A stretch of DNA of 64,000 nucleotides from an uncultured virus (IMG/VR IMGVR_UViG_3300042861_002374) (taxonomy: Varidnaviria; Bamfordvirae): IMG/VR virus record IMGVR_UViG_3300042861_002374, one strand, 5' to 3'. Positions 22,555-33,237 of this stretch are shown piece by piece. A model generated the notes under the pieces. It had not been told where the DNA came from. It saw only the letters and a program-made list of their open reading frames with translations, and made no database searches. The stretch's first letter is position 1. Each line of letters begins with the position of its first letter. The position numbers and the translations under genes are program-made.

Positions 22555-23121
22555 TTAATTACTCCAACACTTCCAGCACATAGGCTGATATTTTTCTTCA
22601 CAGCCTAAGTCTATCTGTTCTGAACCATCTCTGACAATTACTCTATCTTTTTTATCTATGTAAAATTTAGCGTTAATTATAGCTTTTCTGTCGCATTTTA
22701 CACAAATTGTTTTAATCTCTTCTAAAACATCTGCTATTTCAAAGAGTCTCTTTGATCCAGGAAAAAGTTTGGAACGGTAATCTGTTCTAAGACCGTAGCA
22801 AATTACCGGAATTGTTTTTGTAATTTCTCTCAAAGCGTCAACATTTTTTTCAGATAAGAATTGAGCCTCATCTACAAGAATACAATGTATATTTTCTAGA
22901 CAAATATTATCAAAATTATTCATTTTTGAATCCATAATAATATCTGCTTTAGCTCCTTCTATTGCACGAGAAGAGATCATGTCTTTACCAAATCGATCAT
23001 CTGCCTGTGGCTTTACAAGTAATACATTTTTACCTTGTGAACGATAATTCCACGCTACCATAAGTAAATTTGCAGTTTTAGAACTATTCATAGCTCCGTA
23101 TCGAAAGTAAAGTTTTGGCAT
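22555..23121 (-). CDS. tdk: Thymidine kinase
   Basis: YGAMNSSKT, LVDEAQFL, CYGLRTDY and Zn-binding CVKC...CWKC. Confidence 0.95.
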   Translation of the reverse strand: MPKLYFRYGAMNSSKTANLLMVAWNYRSQGKNVLLVKPQADDRFGKDMISSRAIEGAKADIIMDSKMNNFDNICLENIHCILVDEAQFLSEKNVDALREITKTIPVICYGLRTDYRSKLFPGSKRLFEIADVLEEIKTICVKCDRKAIINAKFYIDKKDRVIVRDGSEQIDLGCEEKYQPMCWKCWSN

Positions 23122-23152
23122 TTTCTTTTATAAAAATGATGAATATTAAAAA

Positions 23153-23160
23153 TCAATTTT
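23153..23160 (-). promoter_or_regulatory. AAAATTGA early-promoter-like motif
   Basis: Exact match to the Mimivirus early motif, about 32 nt upstream of the TK start. Confidence 0.55.
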
Positions 23161-23188
23161 ATAGATACAGCAATAAAGATAAACCAAA

Positions 23189-23947
23189 ATGAATGAATTT
23201 TTATGTCGAATAGGTTTAGTCGCTAAGCCATGTGACTCAACCCAAAACTATTTCATTAATCTTGGTGAAGTAATATGCAAAGATATAAGTAAACTTTATA
23301 ATTTACATACAGATATGCGTTTTTTGTGCGCTTTTAAAGCAAGAAAAGAAGGTGATATAGCATATCTAGATAATATTGAAGAATTGCTTGCAATACAAAG
23401 ACGATACAATATAGTAAACAAAATAACCATAAATGGTGTGGTCAAAAAAAAAATTATGAAATTACTTTCACCAGAGCTATATGATATAACATGTATGGTT
23501 CCTCTATTTACAGATAAGATTTGTCGATCTATAAAACCAAAAGGTGACAAAAATAATATAGTTATATTTATACTTTTTCCATATAGCGATCCTATTATAC
23601 GGGGAAAAATTATAGATAATTGTTTTAGCATATTAGGTAATAGAGAAAGTATTTTTTATGTATTAGGAGATTGTCATGGCCAAAATACTATCAGTACTTG
23701 CTATCTGAGTAGAAGATATCTTCTGACTTGTGAGATAGAAGATAAAAATATTATTCTTAGTAAATATGATGAGTTTCCAGATTGTATTTTAGATGCATTT
23801 AATATGATTAATTTTATGTTTCCAGACAAAAAAATGACTACTTATATAGGTGTTTCAAGAGAAGATATAACTAAGGTTATGAAACATATTCGTTTAATAA
23901 AAACACAAAAACTTATAGATAAAAAAGTATCTTTAATATGCGACTAA
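23189..23947 (+). CDS. Hypothetical protein
   Basis: 252-aa ORF, no motif recognised confidently. Confidence 0.7.
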   Translation: MNEFLCRIGLVAKPCDSTQNYFINLGEVICKDISKLYNLHTDMRFLCAFKARKEGDIAYLDNIEELLAIQRRYNIVNKITINGVVKKKIMKLLSPELYDITCMVPLFTDKICRSIKPKGDKNNIVIFILFPYSDPIIRGKIIDNCFSILGNRESIFYVLGDCHGQNTISTCYLSRRYLLTCEIEDKNIILSKYDEFPDCILDAFNMINFMFPDKKMTTYIGVSREDITKVMKHIRLIKTQKLIDKKVSLICD

Positions 23948-24658
23948 GTTTTCTAATGAATGTATATTCATCATAAAATTCATCCCAAGATGTGAGTCTG
24001 GTACTATTTTAGAGTTGGAAGTAAAATTGTATTTCTTGTTAACTAAACAAATTTTCAACCTCTCAGATACAAAATGTAAAGGATCAACAGCAAAACAAGT
24101 CGTTGCTATTAATTTTAAGTTTTGAAAATCCGCAAAAAAATTTGGCAAATATCGATCAACTCCCAAATCAATTCTGATTACTTCTATGTTTTTACATAGT
24201 TCTATTCCTGTAAAATTAATATCATAAACTTTTAGATCTAATACCTTTAATTTTGATAATTTTTCCCATTCAATATTGACTACTGTCCTATTCTTGTCTC
24301 GATGCAAATCTTCAATAATTAGTGTCTCTGTGTATGACATAGGAATATCTACGCGTCGGTTTAGTATACAGCAGTTTTTTAATATAAGTTCTTTCGGTAA
24401 GGAAAAATAAGATAGCCATTCATAGTCTATTCCTTCTATAGTTAGTCTTTCTATATAGTCTTTATTTTTGGCGCAGAATCTAATAAAGTGTATAAAATTT
24501 TTATTATAACCTTGCAAATTGAATTTAATATACTTAAAGTAAGTATGTAAAAATTCAAAATGCCTGGATGATATAATTAGAAAGTATATTATCTCTTTAT
24601 TGTAAATAAAATCGCAAATATGTAGTATTAAATCATCAGGAATATTATTCAATAACAT
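23933..24658 (-). CDS. F-box-like / leucine-rich-repeat protein
   Basis: N-terminal LNNIPDDLILHICDFI and LRR-like segments LSKLKVLDL and FQNLKLI. Confidence 0.65.
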   Translation of the reverse strand: MLLNNIPDDLILHICDFIYNKEIIYFLIISSRHFEFLHTYFKYIKFNLQGYNKNFIHFIRFCAKNKDYIERLTIEGIDYEWLSYFSLPKELILKNCCILNRRVDIPMSYTETLIIEDLHRDKNRTVVNIEWEKLSKLKVLDLKVYDINFTGIELCKNIEVIRIDLGVDRYLPNFFADFQNLKLIATTCFAVDPLHFVSERLKICLVNKKYNFTSNSKIVPDSHLGMNFMMNIHSLENLVAY

Positions 24659-24729
24659 TTGACTTAACTAAAAAGATTTAATATTAAATCATTTTTATAG
24701 ATTATAAATCTTTTCATTTGTAAAGAAGT

Positions 24730-27075
24730 ATGCCACCGAAGAAGATCGACAAAGTCGATACGATATTAAAAAAACTTAAGAAGGATTTGAAAAAGCAAGA
24801 ATTAGCTGAAAAAAAACGTCAAGATAAGGAACGCGAAAAAAATTATCAAATTATTAAGCCTTTTCCTCTTTCTGAAGGAAATTTACGTGCAAACTTAGAA
24901 GAAGAACAAAAAATTAAAGCTCTTTTTGAAAAAATTCAAACTCTTACCGAAGAAGAATCAAAAACAGAATTAGAAAAGTTTTCAAAAGAAAAAGGTCTTT
25001 GGGGTAGAAAAAATCAATTTGAAATAATAATAACTACTCTACCCGAATCACTTTACAAAAATTTGGCTTTTGAATATTTAAATCAGAACAAGTCTCTTGA
25101 TAAATTTTGGGGGTCTTATACTAAAAGACATAGAATAGAGATTGATAAAGAGTGGGAAAAAAAGTTAGCTGATGATATAGAAAATGAAAGAAAGCAGAAA
25201 ATTTTAAATCAAATCATGCCAGAACCTGTCTTACCTGTTAAGAAACCTGTTGAGCCAAAAGATAAAAAAGGTGTCATAGAACTTGATTTTGATGGTAACA
25301 TAATAGAAAAGATTCCTACTGTTCTTAAACCTAAGACAAACCCTCCAATTGTACCAGAAGAAAAAATAAAAATTACACAGTATAAAGGATGTTTTGCAGA
25401 TCAGAGAGACATTCCTTGGTTAAAAGAAATGCCTTGGATGGAAAATGTTAAGAAGACTTTTATCGCAGCTCCACCAAATGAAAATAAAGATTTAATAAGC
25501 GAATACTGTTTCTTAAAAGAAAAGGTGCAAATAGGTGGTACTATTTGGTATCCGGTTAAAAAGAATTTTTCTTCTTTAATGTGCAATAGTTTTCGCACTC
25601 GGGATGGAAAAGTACTTACTGCAAAAATTAATAGTGGTAAAGAAGTGCGTATGCAAGTTGCTTACCTAACAACATCAGACAAATTTATTATACAAGATGA
25701 TGAAGTTTTTAATGCAGAAAGAAAATACATATATCAGAAAAATTTAAGTAGAGGAAAAGAAATTGAAAGACTGCTGAATTCTAAAGTAAATAAAAACGCA
25801 GAACAACTAACACGAGTTCGGTTATCCGAAATTTTAAAGAAAGTTGCGCCAGAAATAAAAGATTATGAAAGTGCAGAAACAAAATATATAACTGATGCTG
25901 TAAAAAAAATGGTAGAGATTTCTGTTACTACAAAAGATCTATTCAAAAATTTGGCAAATATTCAAGTATATTTAGAAAATCCTAATAGAGTATTTGCTCT
26001 TCGTGTTAAAGAATCCTATTACACAGCAGAGATTTTAGTTACACTTACACAAGAAGAAAAACTTCCAGAACTTTTTGATGATCCTGACACAACAGAAGAT
26101 AATATTCTGTTAATTACAAGTAAAATAAATAGAGAAATTAGTAATTTTATACAAAGAATGGGTGAAAATATGTATCAAAAAGAATACGTTACTGAAAATG
26201 TACCACTCAACCCATCTAGAATAGTTCCTGTTCGTTATAACCTTAAAAAATGGAAACATGGTTGTACAAATAAAGATGATGTAAAAGATATACCAGATGC
26301 ACATGTTGTTTATTATAAAGAAGATGGTCAAGTATACTGCTTACTTATATCTGATATATTCAAACAACTTAAGACAGAAAACCCATCAAATCCTATAACA
26401 GGTAAAAATCTTGATAAAGACTTTCTTCAAAGATTTACCGAAGTATACTCAAAATTTAATATCACCGAAACAGACAATTCTGATATTCCTACACCATCTG
26501 TTATTGTATCTCCTTCTCCAGTTAAAATATCTCCTAAAAAACAACTTCTTGCTCCTGAATTGCTAGATAAAATAATTAAGAATATTAACACATTATGGAA
26601 TGAATTATACCCGGAACAGTCAGAATCAGAGTCAGATGAGGAGGTAATAGTTGAAAAAGTAAAATCACCACCTACTAAAGATAAAATAGATAAACTTTTT
26701 GATTCATCTACCGACGATGATGATGATGATTCTAAAAAAGAAGAACGTGATCTGTTTGGTTCTTATACCGATTCTGAAAAAGATGACAAAGATGAAGAAG
26801 ATGATGAAGAAAAAGATGATGGAAATTCACCTGGAACCAGACTTACTATAAAAAAAGGATTTGTTTGTCAGAAATGCGAAAAAGATATAGACGTTAATAA
26901 AGCTTTAAAAACCATTATTGAAGCAAACGAAAAATTCCATCCTATCTACTTTTGTTGTGTCGTCTGTTTTGAAAATTATAATAATTGGCCTAAAACAAGG
27001 ATAAGAAAAAAGAGCAAAAATGTTGGCATAAATGGTGGCAGGAATGGTACTAAAGAAAGAAATAAAACAAAATGA
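24730..27075 (+). CDS. Large hypothetical protein with acidic tract and C-terminal TRASH/MYM-like zinc finger
   Basis: 781 aa. NPITGK motif, acidic region, CQKC...YFCCVVCF. Confidence 0.75.
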   Translation: MPPKKIDKVDTILKKLKKDLKKQELAEKKRQDKEREKNYQIIKPFPLSEGNLRANLEEEQKIKALFEKIQTLTEEESKTELEKFSKEKGLWGRKNQFEIIITTLPESLYKNLAFEYLNQNKSLDKFWGSYTKRHRIEIDKEWEKKLADDIENERKQKILNQIMPEPVLPVKKPVEPKDKKGVIELDFDGNIIEKIPTVLKPKTNPPIVPEEKIKITQYKGCFADQRDIPWLKEMPWMENVKKTFIAAPPNENKDLISEYCFLKEKVQIGGTIWYPVKKNFSSLMCNSFRTRDGKVLTAKINSGKEVRMQVAYLTTSDKFIIQDDEVFNAERKYIYQKNLSRGKEIERLLNSKVNKNAEQLTRVRLSEILKKVAPEIKDYESAETKYITDAVKKMVEISVTTKDLFKNLANIQVYLENPNRVFALRVKESYYTAEILVTLTQEEKLPELFDDPDTTEDNILLITSKINREISNFIQRMGENMYQKEYVTENVPLNPSRIVPVRYNLKKWKHGCTNKDDVKDIPDAHVVYYKEDGQVYCLLISDIFKQLKTENPSNPITGKNLDKDFLQRFTEVYSKFNITETDNSDIPTPSVIVSPSPVKISPKKQLLAPELLDKIIKNINTLWNELYPEQSESESDEEVIVEKVKSPPTKDKIDKLFDSSTDDDDDDSKKEERDLFGSYTDSEKDDKDEEDDEEKDDGNSPGTRLTIKKGFVCQKCEKDIDVNKALKTIIEANEKFHPIYFCCVVCFENYNNWPKTRIRKKSKNVGINGGRNGTKERNKTK

Positions 27076-27620
27076 TTTTTACAAAAAAAAACGTAAAAAA
27101 TAAAAAAATGACAAATCAAATACAACGCCAAAGTATGAACAAGTATGATTTTGAATTAGGCATTGCAGGAGAATGCTTAGTAGAAATGAATGATGGACAG
27201 TTAAAAAAAGTTTATAAGATTGAAAAAGGAGATATAGTGCAAACTGAGTTTGGTATAGCAAAAGTGTTATGCGTTCTTAAGTTGTACTGTAAGAACAATG
27301 AGAAGGATTTGATCGATGTCGCAAACATTTCATCTATACTAAAAATATCTCCTTATCACCCGATAAAGTGGGAAGGAAAATGGAATCATCCAGCAAAACT
27401 TTTTTCAAACTCATTTCGAAGACCATGTCCAGCTTTATATAATTTTTTATTGGATGGTAATGATCATAATATGATTATTGGTAACACTGTTGTTTCTACT
27501 CTATCTCATGGTCTAACAGGGGATTTACATCATTGGTATTATGGAACAGAAGAGGTAACTAAATTCCTTATGTCATGTCCAGGATGGAAAAATGGTCTTG
27601 TACAAACAGATGAGCTTTAA
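27072..27620 (+). CDS. Stand-alone Vint-type Hint domain protein (start possibly 27108)
   Basis: IAGECLVEMNDGQLKKV...GDIV, ISPYHPI, LYNFLLD, TLSHG and HWYYGT..V...L...PGWKNG. Confidence 0.8.
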   Translation: MIFTKKNVKNKKMTNQIQRQSMNKYDFELGIAGECLVEMNDGQLKKVYKIEKGDIVQTEFGIAKVLCVLKLYCKNNEKDLIDVANISSILKISPYHPIKWEGKWNHPAKLFSNSFRRPCPALYNFLLDGNDHNMIIGNTVVSTLSHGLTGDLHHWYYGTEEVTKFLMSCPGWKNGLVQTDEL

Positions 27621-27684
27621 GTAATTATTTTATTCTGAATATAGAATAAAATTTCTATTTTAAGAATATTTTATTTTTAAGTAA

Positions 27685-28446
27685 ATGGACTATTCTCAAC
27701 TAGAAAATTATAGTTACATAGAACTTAAAAATCTTGCTCAAAATATGGATTTACCAATCAAACGTAATAAAGTAGGACTTATAGAAGAAATAACAACAGC
27801 ATTCAAGGAATATGAAACATATAAACGTACTAAGATTGATAAATATCAGAGATTTGAACAACTTGGAGAAAAAGGAAAGGAAGGAACTACTTTCTTGGTA
27901 AGAACTAAAGATGGTTCTGAATATGCTATGAAAACATTTCGAAAACAAAAATCATCTTCAAACTTGTGCAAAGAAGCAGAATTGCAAAAAATGGCTGCTG
28001 ATGTAGGAGCTTCACCTAATGTTATCGATATAGATACAGTATCAAAATATATTGTTATGGAGAAAATGGACAAACATCTTATAGATTTAATAAATCAACA
28101 AGAAGGTTGTTTATCTAAACAACAACAAAAACAGATAATCTCTATATATAAAAAACTTGATAAAGCTGGTGTTTTTCATGGAGACGCTAATCTTCTTAAT
28201 TACATGTACAAAAATAATAAACTTTACATTATTGACTTTGGGATGGCAAAAGAAATAACAACTGCATTAATTAAAAAGTTAGGTACAGAAACTCCAAACA
28301 TACAAATTATGACACTTGGATTAGCTCTTAAACTTAGAGAAATGAAATGTCCTCCTCAATCATATGAATATATCATTAACCATCTTTCTCATGAACAAAG
28401 GTTACAATTTAATTTTTGTGTTGATAATACTAAAATTAAAAGATAA
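27685..28446 (+). CDS. Ser/Thr protein kinase with N-terminal SAP/HeH-like helix pair
   Basis: LGEKGKEG, YAMK, HGDANLLN and IIDFG. Confidence 0.88.
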   Translation: MDYSQLENYSYIELKNLAQNMDLPIKRNKVGLIEEITTAFKEYETYKRTKIDKYQRFEQLGEKGKEGTTFLVRTKDGSEYAMKTFRKQKSSSNLCKEAELQKMAADVGASPNVIDIDTVSKYIVMEKMDKHLIDLINQQEGCLSKQQQKQIISIYKKLDKAGVFHGDANLLNYMYKNNKLYIIDFGMAKEITTALIKKLGTETPNIQIMTLGLALKLREMKCPPQSYEYIINHLSHEQRLQFNFCVDNTKIKR

Positions 28447-28475
28447 ATATAAGATAAATATAACAGTGTATTTTA

Positions 28476-30071
28476 TTAAATGGAATTATATATGTCATAA
28501 ATGTAAGTTCCACGAGACATTGGATGTAATTCATTCACCATTTGCAAATGCTCATTTGGAATTTTATACATATTACATTCCTCTTTATGCGCATCTATGA
28601 TAAAAACAGAAGTATTTTCGTTATATACATAATCATCAGGTAAATTAGCTTCTATACTAGCGTATATTTGTTCTACTGACTTTAATGGAAGTTTTCTATA
28701 TTCTCGATTTTTCTCAGTCATTCTTTTTTCTATTACTTTGTATAAAACACCCTCCATACATCTTGAAAAAATTATCATAGAACATAAAAGTTTTTCAAAA
28801 TGGATTTTTTCTAATTTGCAAAAATTAGCAACTTCTGCAACTCTTTCTTGTACTCTATGTCTAAAAGTACGTATAGCATCTAATCTAGTATCTTTATTGA
28901 CATAAGCAGCTCTTACAAATCGTACAGCGTCAGTTATTCCTTTAAGTATAAAAAGATTATAAAAAGGAGATGATATCTGGTTTTCAATTTTTAAGAACTC
29001 TTCTATCATTGTACGATATGCTTTGTGAATATTTGTGTATTTTTGTTTTTCTAATGGTATAATAATTAAAGTTTGCAAAATATCAAGACAATAATGTTCA
29101 TACCTTTCAAATAAAAGTGATCCTGGATTATCTTTTTCTAGCATTTCCGAAACATAATCTGAAGCTCCAAGCTCGTCACCCTCATCCCATCCAGATCCCC
29201 AATCTATATCTAGTGGATCAAATAAGTTTCTTACTATTCGCCTTAACTTTTTGGATTTTTTTGTTTTTCTTTTATCTTTAATTTCTGCTGATACTGTTAC
29301 CAAAAAAAGTTTAGGATCAGCTACCCAGTCAAAACGGTCGCTCATAAATCCTACACAAGTATGAGCCATACTAGGCCATAATGGGCCATCTGTCATATCT
29401 TTGATATAAGAAAATCCAAAATCAATAATAACAGGATAATGACCATAAGTAGGAATAACAAACTGATTCTCAGCGTCAAGAGAATATAAAAAAACTACAT
29501 CTTTAGAACACTTTCGCATCATAACATTAAAAGAATGTAAGTCATAATGAGAAAATTCTTTTTTCTTTTGAGCTATGGCTATAGCCAATAAAACTTGTTT
29601 AATACTAGAATATAATACATCCTCTTTAATCCTATCTACTGCGCGAATATAATTGTAAAATTTGCAACTCTTATCTATAAATTCACATAGAAGAACTTCC
29701 TTTTTTATAGGATGATCAGCTTTTAAGTTAAAAGGATTGCCTTTTTTTCCAGATTTTGGATCAGTAGAACACAAAATTCCTCCAAAAGATTTGCAAAAAT
29801 GAGGACAATAAGGAGATAATTCGTTCAAACCTTTCATTACGCATTCTTCATGTTGGATCAAATAATTTATATACTGAGAAAGTTTAAAGACGTATTTTTT
29901 TTTCTTATCGTCACTCTGGCTAAATAAACCAACTAAACCCTGTTTTCCAGGTTTATCAAACACTGTGTCAAAAGAAAGCCATTCCTGCCATGGTCGATCC
30001 TTATTTTTTTCATAATAAGAAAATAAGTCATTATATCCATAAACATCGTTTAAACTATTTATTTTTGACAT
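28476..30071 (-). CDS. Viral Ser/Thr protein kinase
   Basis: GKQGLVG, YVFK, HYDLHSFNV and IIDFGFS. Confidence 0.88.
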   Translation of the reverse strand: MSKINSLNDVYGYNDLFSYYEKNKDRPWQEWLSFDTVFDKPGKQGLVGLFSQSDDKKKKYVFKLSQYINYLIQHEECVMKGLNELSPYCPHFCKSFGGILCSTDPKSGKKGNPFNLKADHPIKKEVLLCEFIDKSCKFYNYIRAVDRIKEDVLYSSIKQVLLAIAIAQKKKEFSHYDLHSFNVMMRKCSKDVVFLYSLDAENQFVIPTYGHYPVIIDFGFSYIKDMTDGPLWPSMAHTCVGFMSDRFDWVADPKLFLVTVSAEIKDKRKTKKSKKLRRIVRNLFDPLDIDWGSGWDEGDELGASDYVSEMLEKDNPGSLLFERYEHYCLDILQTLIIIPLEKQKYTNIHKAYRTMIEEFLKIENQISSPFYNLFILKGITDAVRFVRAAYVNKDTRLDAIRTFRHRVQERVAEVANFCKLEKIHFEKLLCSMIIFSRCMEGVLYKVIEKRMTEKNREYRKLPLKSVEQIYASIEANLPDDYVYNENTSVFIIDAHKEECNMYKIPNEHLQMVNELHPMSRGTYIYDIYNSI

Positions 30072-30191
30072 TTAATTCTTTTAACCAAGACTTTAAACTC
30101 AATAAATTTACTTTTAGATTAATTACTACGTATAAAATATTACATAAAGAAATATATTTTGGTCTAAAATATATTTCCTTAAAGTAACAGA

Positions 30192-30536
30192 ATGACGAAT
30201 TTGCTTAATAAAAGTTCTCTTTCACGTTCTGCTCGCCTCAGAAAATATGAAGTCGCATATGAAGAATGTATAAAAAAAACCTTTGATACTTCTAAAAAGA
30301 AGCCAAATAGATTGGAACCTTCTAAAAAATCACGTTCTATAAGAAATGTTATTTCTAGCAGCCCTAAAAAATCAAAAGTAAAACAATCACCTCCTCCTCC
30401 AAATAAAAAAAAAAGGTCTTTAAATGCATATCAAAAGTTTGTCAAAGAAGAAAGTCAGAAAAATAAATACAAGTCACTTACACCATCCGAACGTATGAAA
30501 GAAATCAGTAAAGAATGGAATAAAAAAAAAATATAA
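30192..30536 (+). CDS. Basic protein with C-terminal HMG-box-like motif
   Basis: KRSLNAYQKFVKEE...ERMKEISKEWNKKK. Confidence 0.75.
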   Translation: MTNLLNKSSLSRSARLRKYEVAYEECIKKTFDTSKKKPNRLEPSKKSRSIRNVISSSPKKSKVKQSPPPPNKKKRSLNAYQKFVKEESQKNKYKSLTPSERMKEISKEWNKKKI

Positions 30537-30558
30537 ACTTTTTTACAAGTAAAGAAGA

Positions 30559-31368
30559 ATGGAGCAATACAGAGAATATTTGAATTCAGCTATTTTAGCT
30601 AATGTTTCATATAATGAACATATATATGACATTTGGTTCAATACTAAAGATTTAAATGAAGATAATATATTTAGAGGAGTAAAAGAAGTTCCTGAATTTT
30701 ACAGCGACAATGAAACTGGTGCATACGCTTTTTCTATTGTAAAAGAAAATACTTTGTACTTTGTTTTTAGAGGAACAAATGATTTTCAAGATATTATGGT
30801 CGACTTGAACTTTTTTCTAGTTCCTTTTGTTGAAGCTAATAAAAAATGCAAGATTCATGCTGGATTTTTAACACAATTTAGTGTATTAAAAAATCCTGTT
30901 TTAATTACTGTTCTTAAACATAAAAAAAATATTGAAACTATAAAATTTATTGGTCATTCTCTTGGTGGAGCATTAGCAACTCTATTTGCTGGATATATAG
31001 CAAGTTTACATAATGATCTTAAGATAGTTTGCCACACCTTTGGATCTCCTCGAGTAGGAAACAAGAATTACTGCAAATGGTTCCAACAAAATGTTTCTTC
31101 TTCCAACTGTGCGCGTATTGTGAACAGACAAGATCCTGTAGCTCAGATACCTATATCAATGCATTTTAAACATGTGTTTAATTCCAAATGTATTATGGAT
31201 GACTTAACTGTCAAAGAGTTACCAGATGGAAATGTATTATCACGAATTGTACATTTCAAAATCAACTGTTTTAGGCCTGTTTTAGCACACTCCTGTGAAA
31301 AGTATATACAAGTTATTATGAAATTGTACGAAAAATATAAAAACACAGAACAAGTCGTTCGTGTATAA
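30559..31368 (+). CDS. Class 3 lipase
   Basis: FRGT, IHAGF, GHSLGG, TFGSPRVGN and DPVAQIP. Confidence 0.92.
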   Translation: MEQYREYLNSAILANVSYNEHIYDIWFNTKDLNEDNIFRGVKEVPEFYSDNETGAYAFSIVKENTLYFVFRGTNDFQDIMVDLNFFLVPFVEANKKCKIHAGFLTQFSVLKNPVLITVLKHKKNIETIKFIGHSLGGALATLFAGYIASLHNDLKIVCHTFGSPRVGNKNYCKWFQQNVSSSNCARIVNRQDPVAQIPISMHFKHVFNSKCIMDDLTVKELPDGNVLSRIVHFKINCFRPVLAHSCEKYIQVIMKLYEKYKNTEQVVRV

Positions 31369-31481
31369 ATAAAAATAAATTTTTATTTAGTACTTGAAAG
31401 CGTGCAAAGATTTGATTCTTATATTTTATCAGTCATTCATTAACTTTATAATTAATGAATTTTTACACTGTATTTACAGTC

Positions 31482-31832
31482 TTAATTTTCACGCACAAGA
31501 TGCAGAAAAGACTTTGTTATACGCAAATGTGAATCAAGAAGTTTGCTCAATGCTATCCACCTAAGATCATCTTCATTTGAAATAAGCTCATTACTCTCCG
31601 AACTCTCACTATCAGAATCCTCTTCGTTATCCTCTTCATTACACTCTTCATTACACTCTTCGTTATCCTCTTCATTATCATATGGCTTAGAATCCTTATT
31701 AGGTGATTTAGTCTTGCGAGATCCAACAGATTGAGACAACATCGAACTTAATAGGTTATTTAGCATATTGTTATCATTATTTTTTGTATCGGAACTGGCA
31801 TTTTGAGTTTCGTTTTGATTTACACTTGTCAT
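31482..31832 (-). CDS. Acidic low-complexity hypothetical protein
   Basis: 116 aa with NEED/NEEC repeats. Confidence 0.6.
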   Translation of the reverse strand: MTSVNQNETQNASSDTKNNDNNMLNNLLSSMLSQSVGSRKTKSPNKDSKPYDNEEDNEECNEECNEEDNEEDSDSESSESNELISNEDDLRWIALSKLLDSHLRITKSFLHLVREN

Positions 31833-31893
31833 TTTGTTTATTAATAATTCTACCTTTAAATCAAATCTAAGAACTCAAAAATATTAGATAAAA

Positions 31894-32073
31894 ATGAGTA
31901 AGAATAATAATTTATATTATCAAGTACAAAGATTACGTCATACACGTAATAAACTAGAGAAACTTAATACTGATATATCTGAAGATTCTTTTTATTTAAA
32001 AAAAATAATTATAATCCAATCAGCCTTCATTGCTTTGGTTGGAATTGTTTATGTTTATAAAATATTTTTATAA
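31894..32073 (+). CDS. Small tail-anchored protein (59 aa), not in ORF track
   Basis: MSKNNNLYYQVQRLRHTRNKLEKLNTD... ending in a hydrophobic segment; fills an intergenic gap. Confidence 0.5.
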   Translation: MSKNNNLYYQVQRLRHTRNKLEKLNTDISEDSFYLKKIIIIQSAFIALVGIVYVYKIFL

Positions 32074-32116
32074 CTAACACTACTAAACTTATATTTATTT
32101 ATATTTCTAAATATAA

Positions 32117-33235
32117 ATGAAAAAAGAATTAAAAATAGTAGTTATTTCTTTTTCTATACTTTTAGGTTTAAGTTTACTTATATTATTAATAATACATTTC
32201 ATAAACAAAGATTCTAATACTGGGCATGATTCAAGTGAGTGTACAACATGTGGAACTGATAACTATTGCGATGGTACTAAATGTGTTGTAAATTCCAATT
32301 TTATTTCTATTAATTCTCAATCAGAAAATACTATTCAGTTAGCTAACAATACTAATGACAATTATTTGCATGTTTTTATACAATGTACTAGTACAACTCA
32401 ATGGATTAAAGAAAGTGGTGATGGAGAAATTTTTGATCCGGTTAATTGGGGTACTAGTAATTCTAAGGGAGGAAACTATGCATGGGATCCATTAGGCGCT
32501 TCAATATATGCAGAAACTATTATACCTAAAAATAAATTTATAATTTTGACATTACCTCCTTCTGATCTAACTTTTATAATACAACCTGTTAAGATGCAAG
32601 ATTCTAACAACAAGGTTCCTCTTAAAATAGGTGATGATATATATTCTAAAATTATACCTGGTCAATCACCTATATTATTCGAAGCAACAAAAAATTCCTC
32701 GCAAAGTGGTGTAGCAGATATTAGCGGTGTTAATGGCTTAAATTTTAAAGTAAAATACGAAGTAACTACTTCTAAAGGTATAAAAAATATGGAAATACAA
32801 AAAAATCCATGTACAAGAATAGCTGATAAATTTAAAGTATTAAACGCTGGATGTTGGAGTCCTGTCAAAAAAATTTGTGGAAATTCACCAACGTGTGACT
32901 GTAAGAGCGGTACTCAAAACTGTAAATTAAATGATTGTTCAAAATTGTTGTTTACTATTCCTGATAATTTGCTAAAATATTATAATAATTTTGATAACGC
33001 AGGTGGACCAAATTCACCATATAATGACTATGGTAAGTATCCTGAGTATGTTAAACCATTTATAAATAATAATAAAAATATTATTAAAGATTCCGACCAA
33101 GATAAGTATTGTAATGATATTCAATTTAATTCTGGTGATTATACTACTTACTGTTATGATTATAATGATCTTAATTCATCACCAATATGGACACAACCAT
33201 TCAAAGCAAAATTAGTATATTCTGATTTGCAATAA
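32117..33235 (+). CDS. Membrane-anchored Cys-rich protein, thaumatin-like
   Basis: N-terminal TM, DISGVNGLN (cf. DxSxVDGFN), GCWSP and YCYDYND (cf. YSYAYDD). Confidence 0.6.
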   Translation: MKKELKIVVISFSILLGLSLLILLIIHFINKDSNTGHDSSECTTCGTDNYCDGTKCVVNSNFISINSQSENTIQLANNTNDNYLHVFIQCTSTTQWIKESGDGEIFDPVNWGTSNSKGGNYAWDPLGASIYAETIIPKNKFIILTLPPSDLTFIIQPVKMQDSNNKVPLKIGDDIYSKIIPGQSPILFEATKNSSQSGVADISGVNGLNFKVKYEVTTSKGIKNMEIQKNPCTRIADKFKVLNAGCWSPVKKICGNSPTCDCKSGTQNCKLNDCSKLLFTIPDNLLKYYNNFDNAGGPNSPYNDYGKYPEYVKPFINNNKNIIKDSDQDKYCNDIQFNSGDYTTYCYDYNDLNSSPIWTQPFKAKLVYSDLQ

Positions 33236-33237
33236 TT

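Noticed and set aside
23189..23947. Possible DUF218-like fold in the C-terminal half
   Set aside because: The resemblance is vague and the key motifs are absent.
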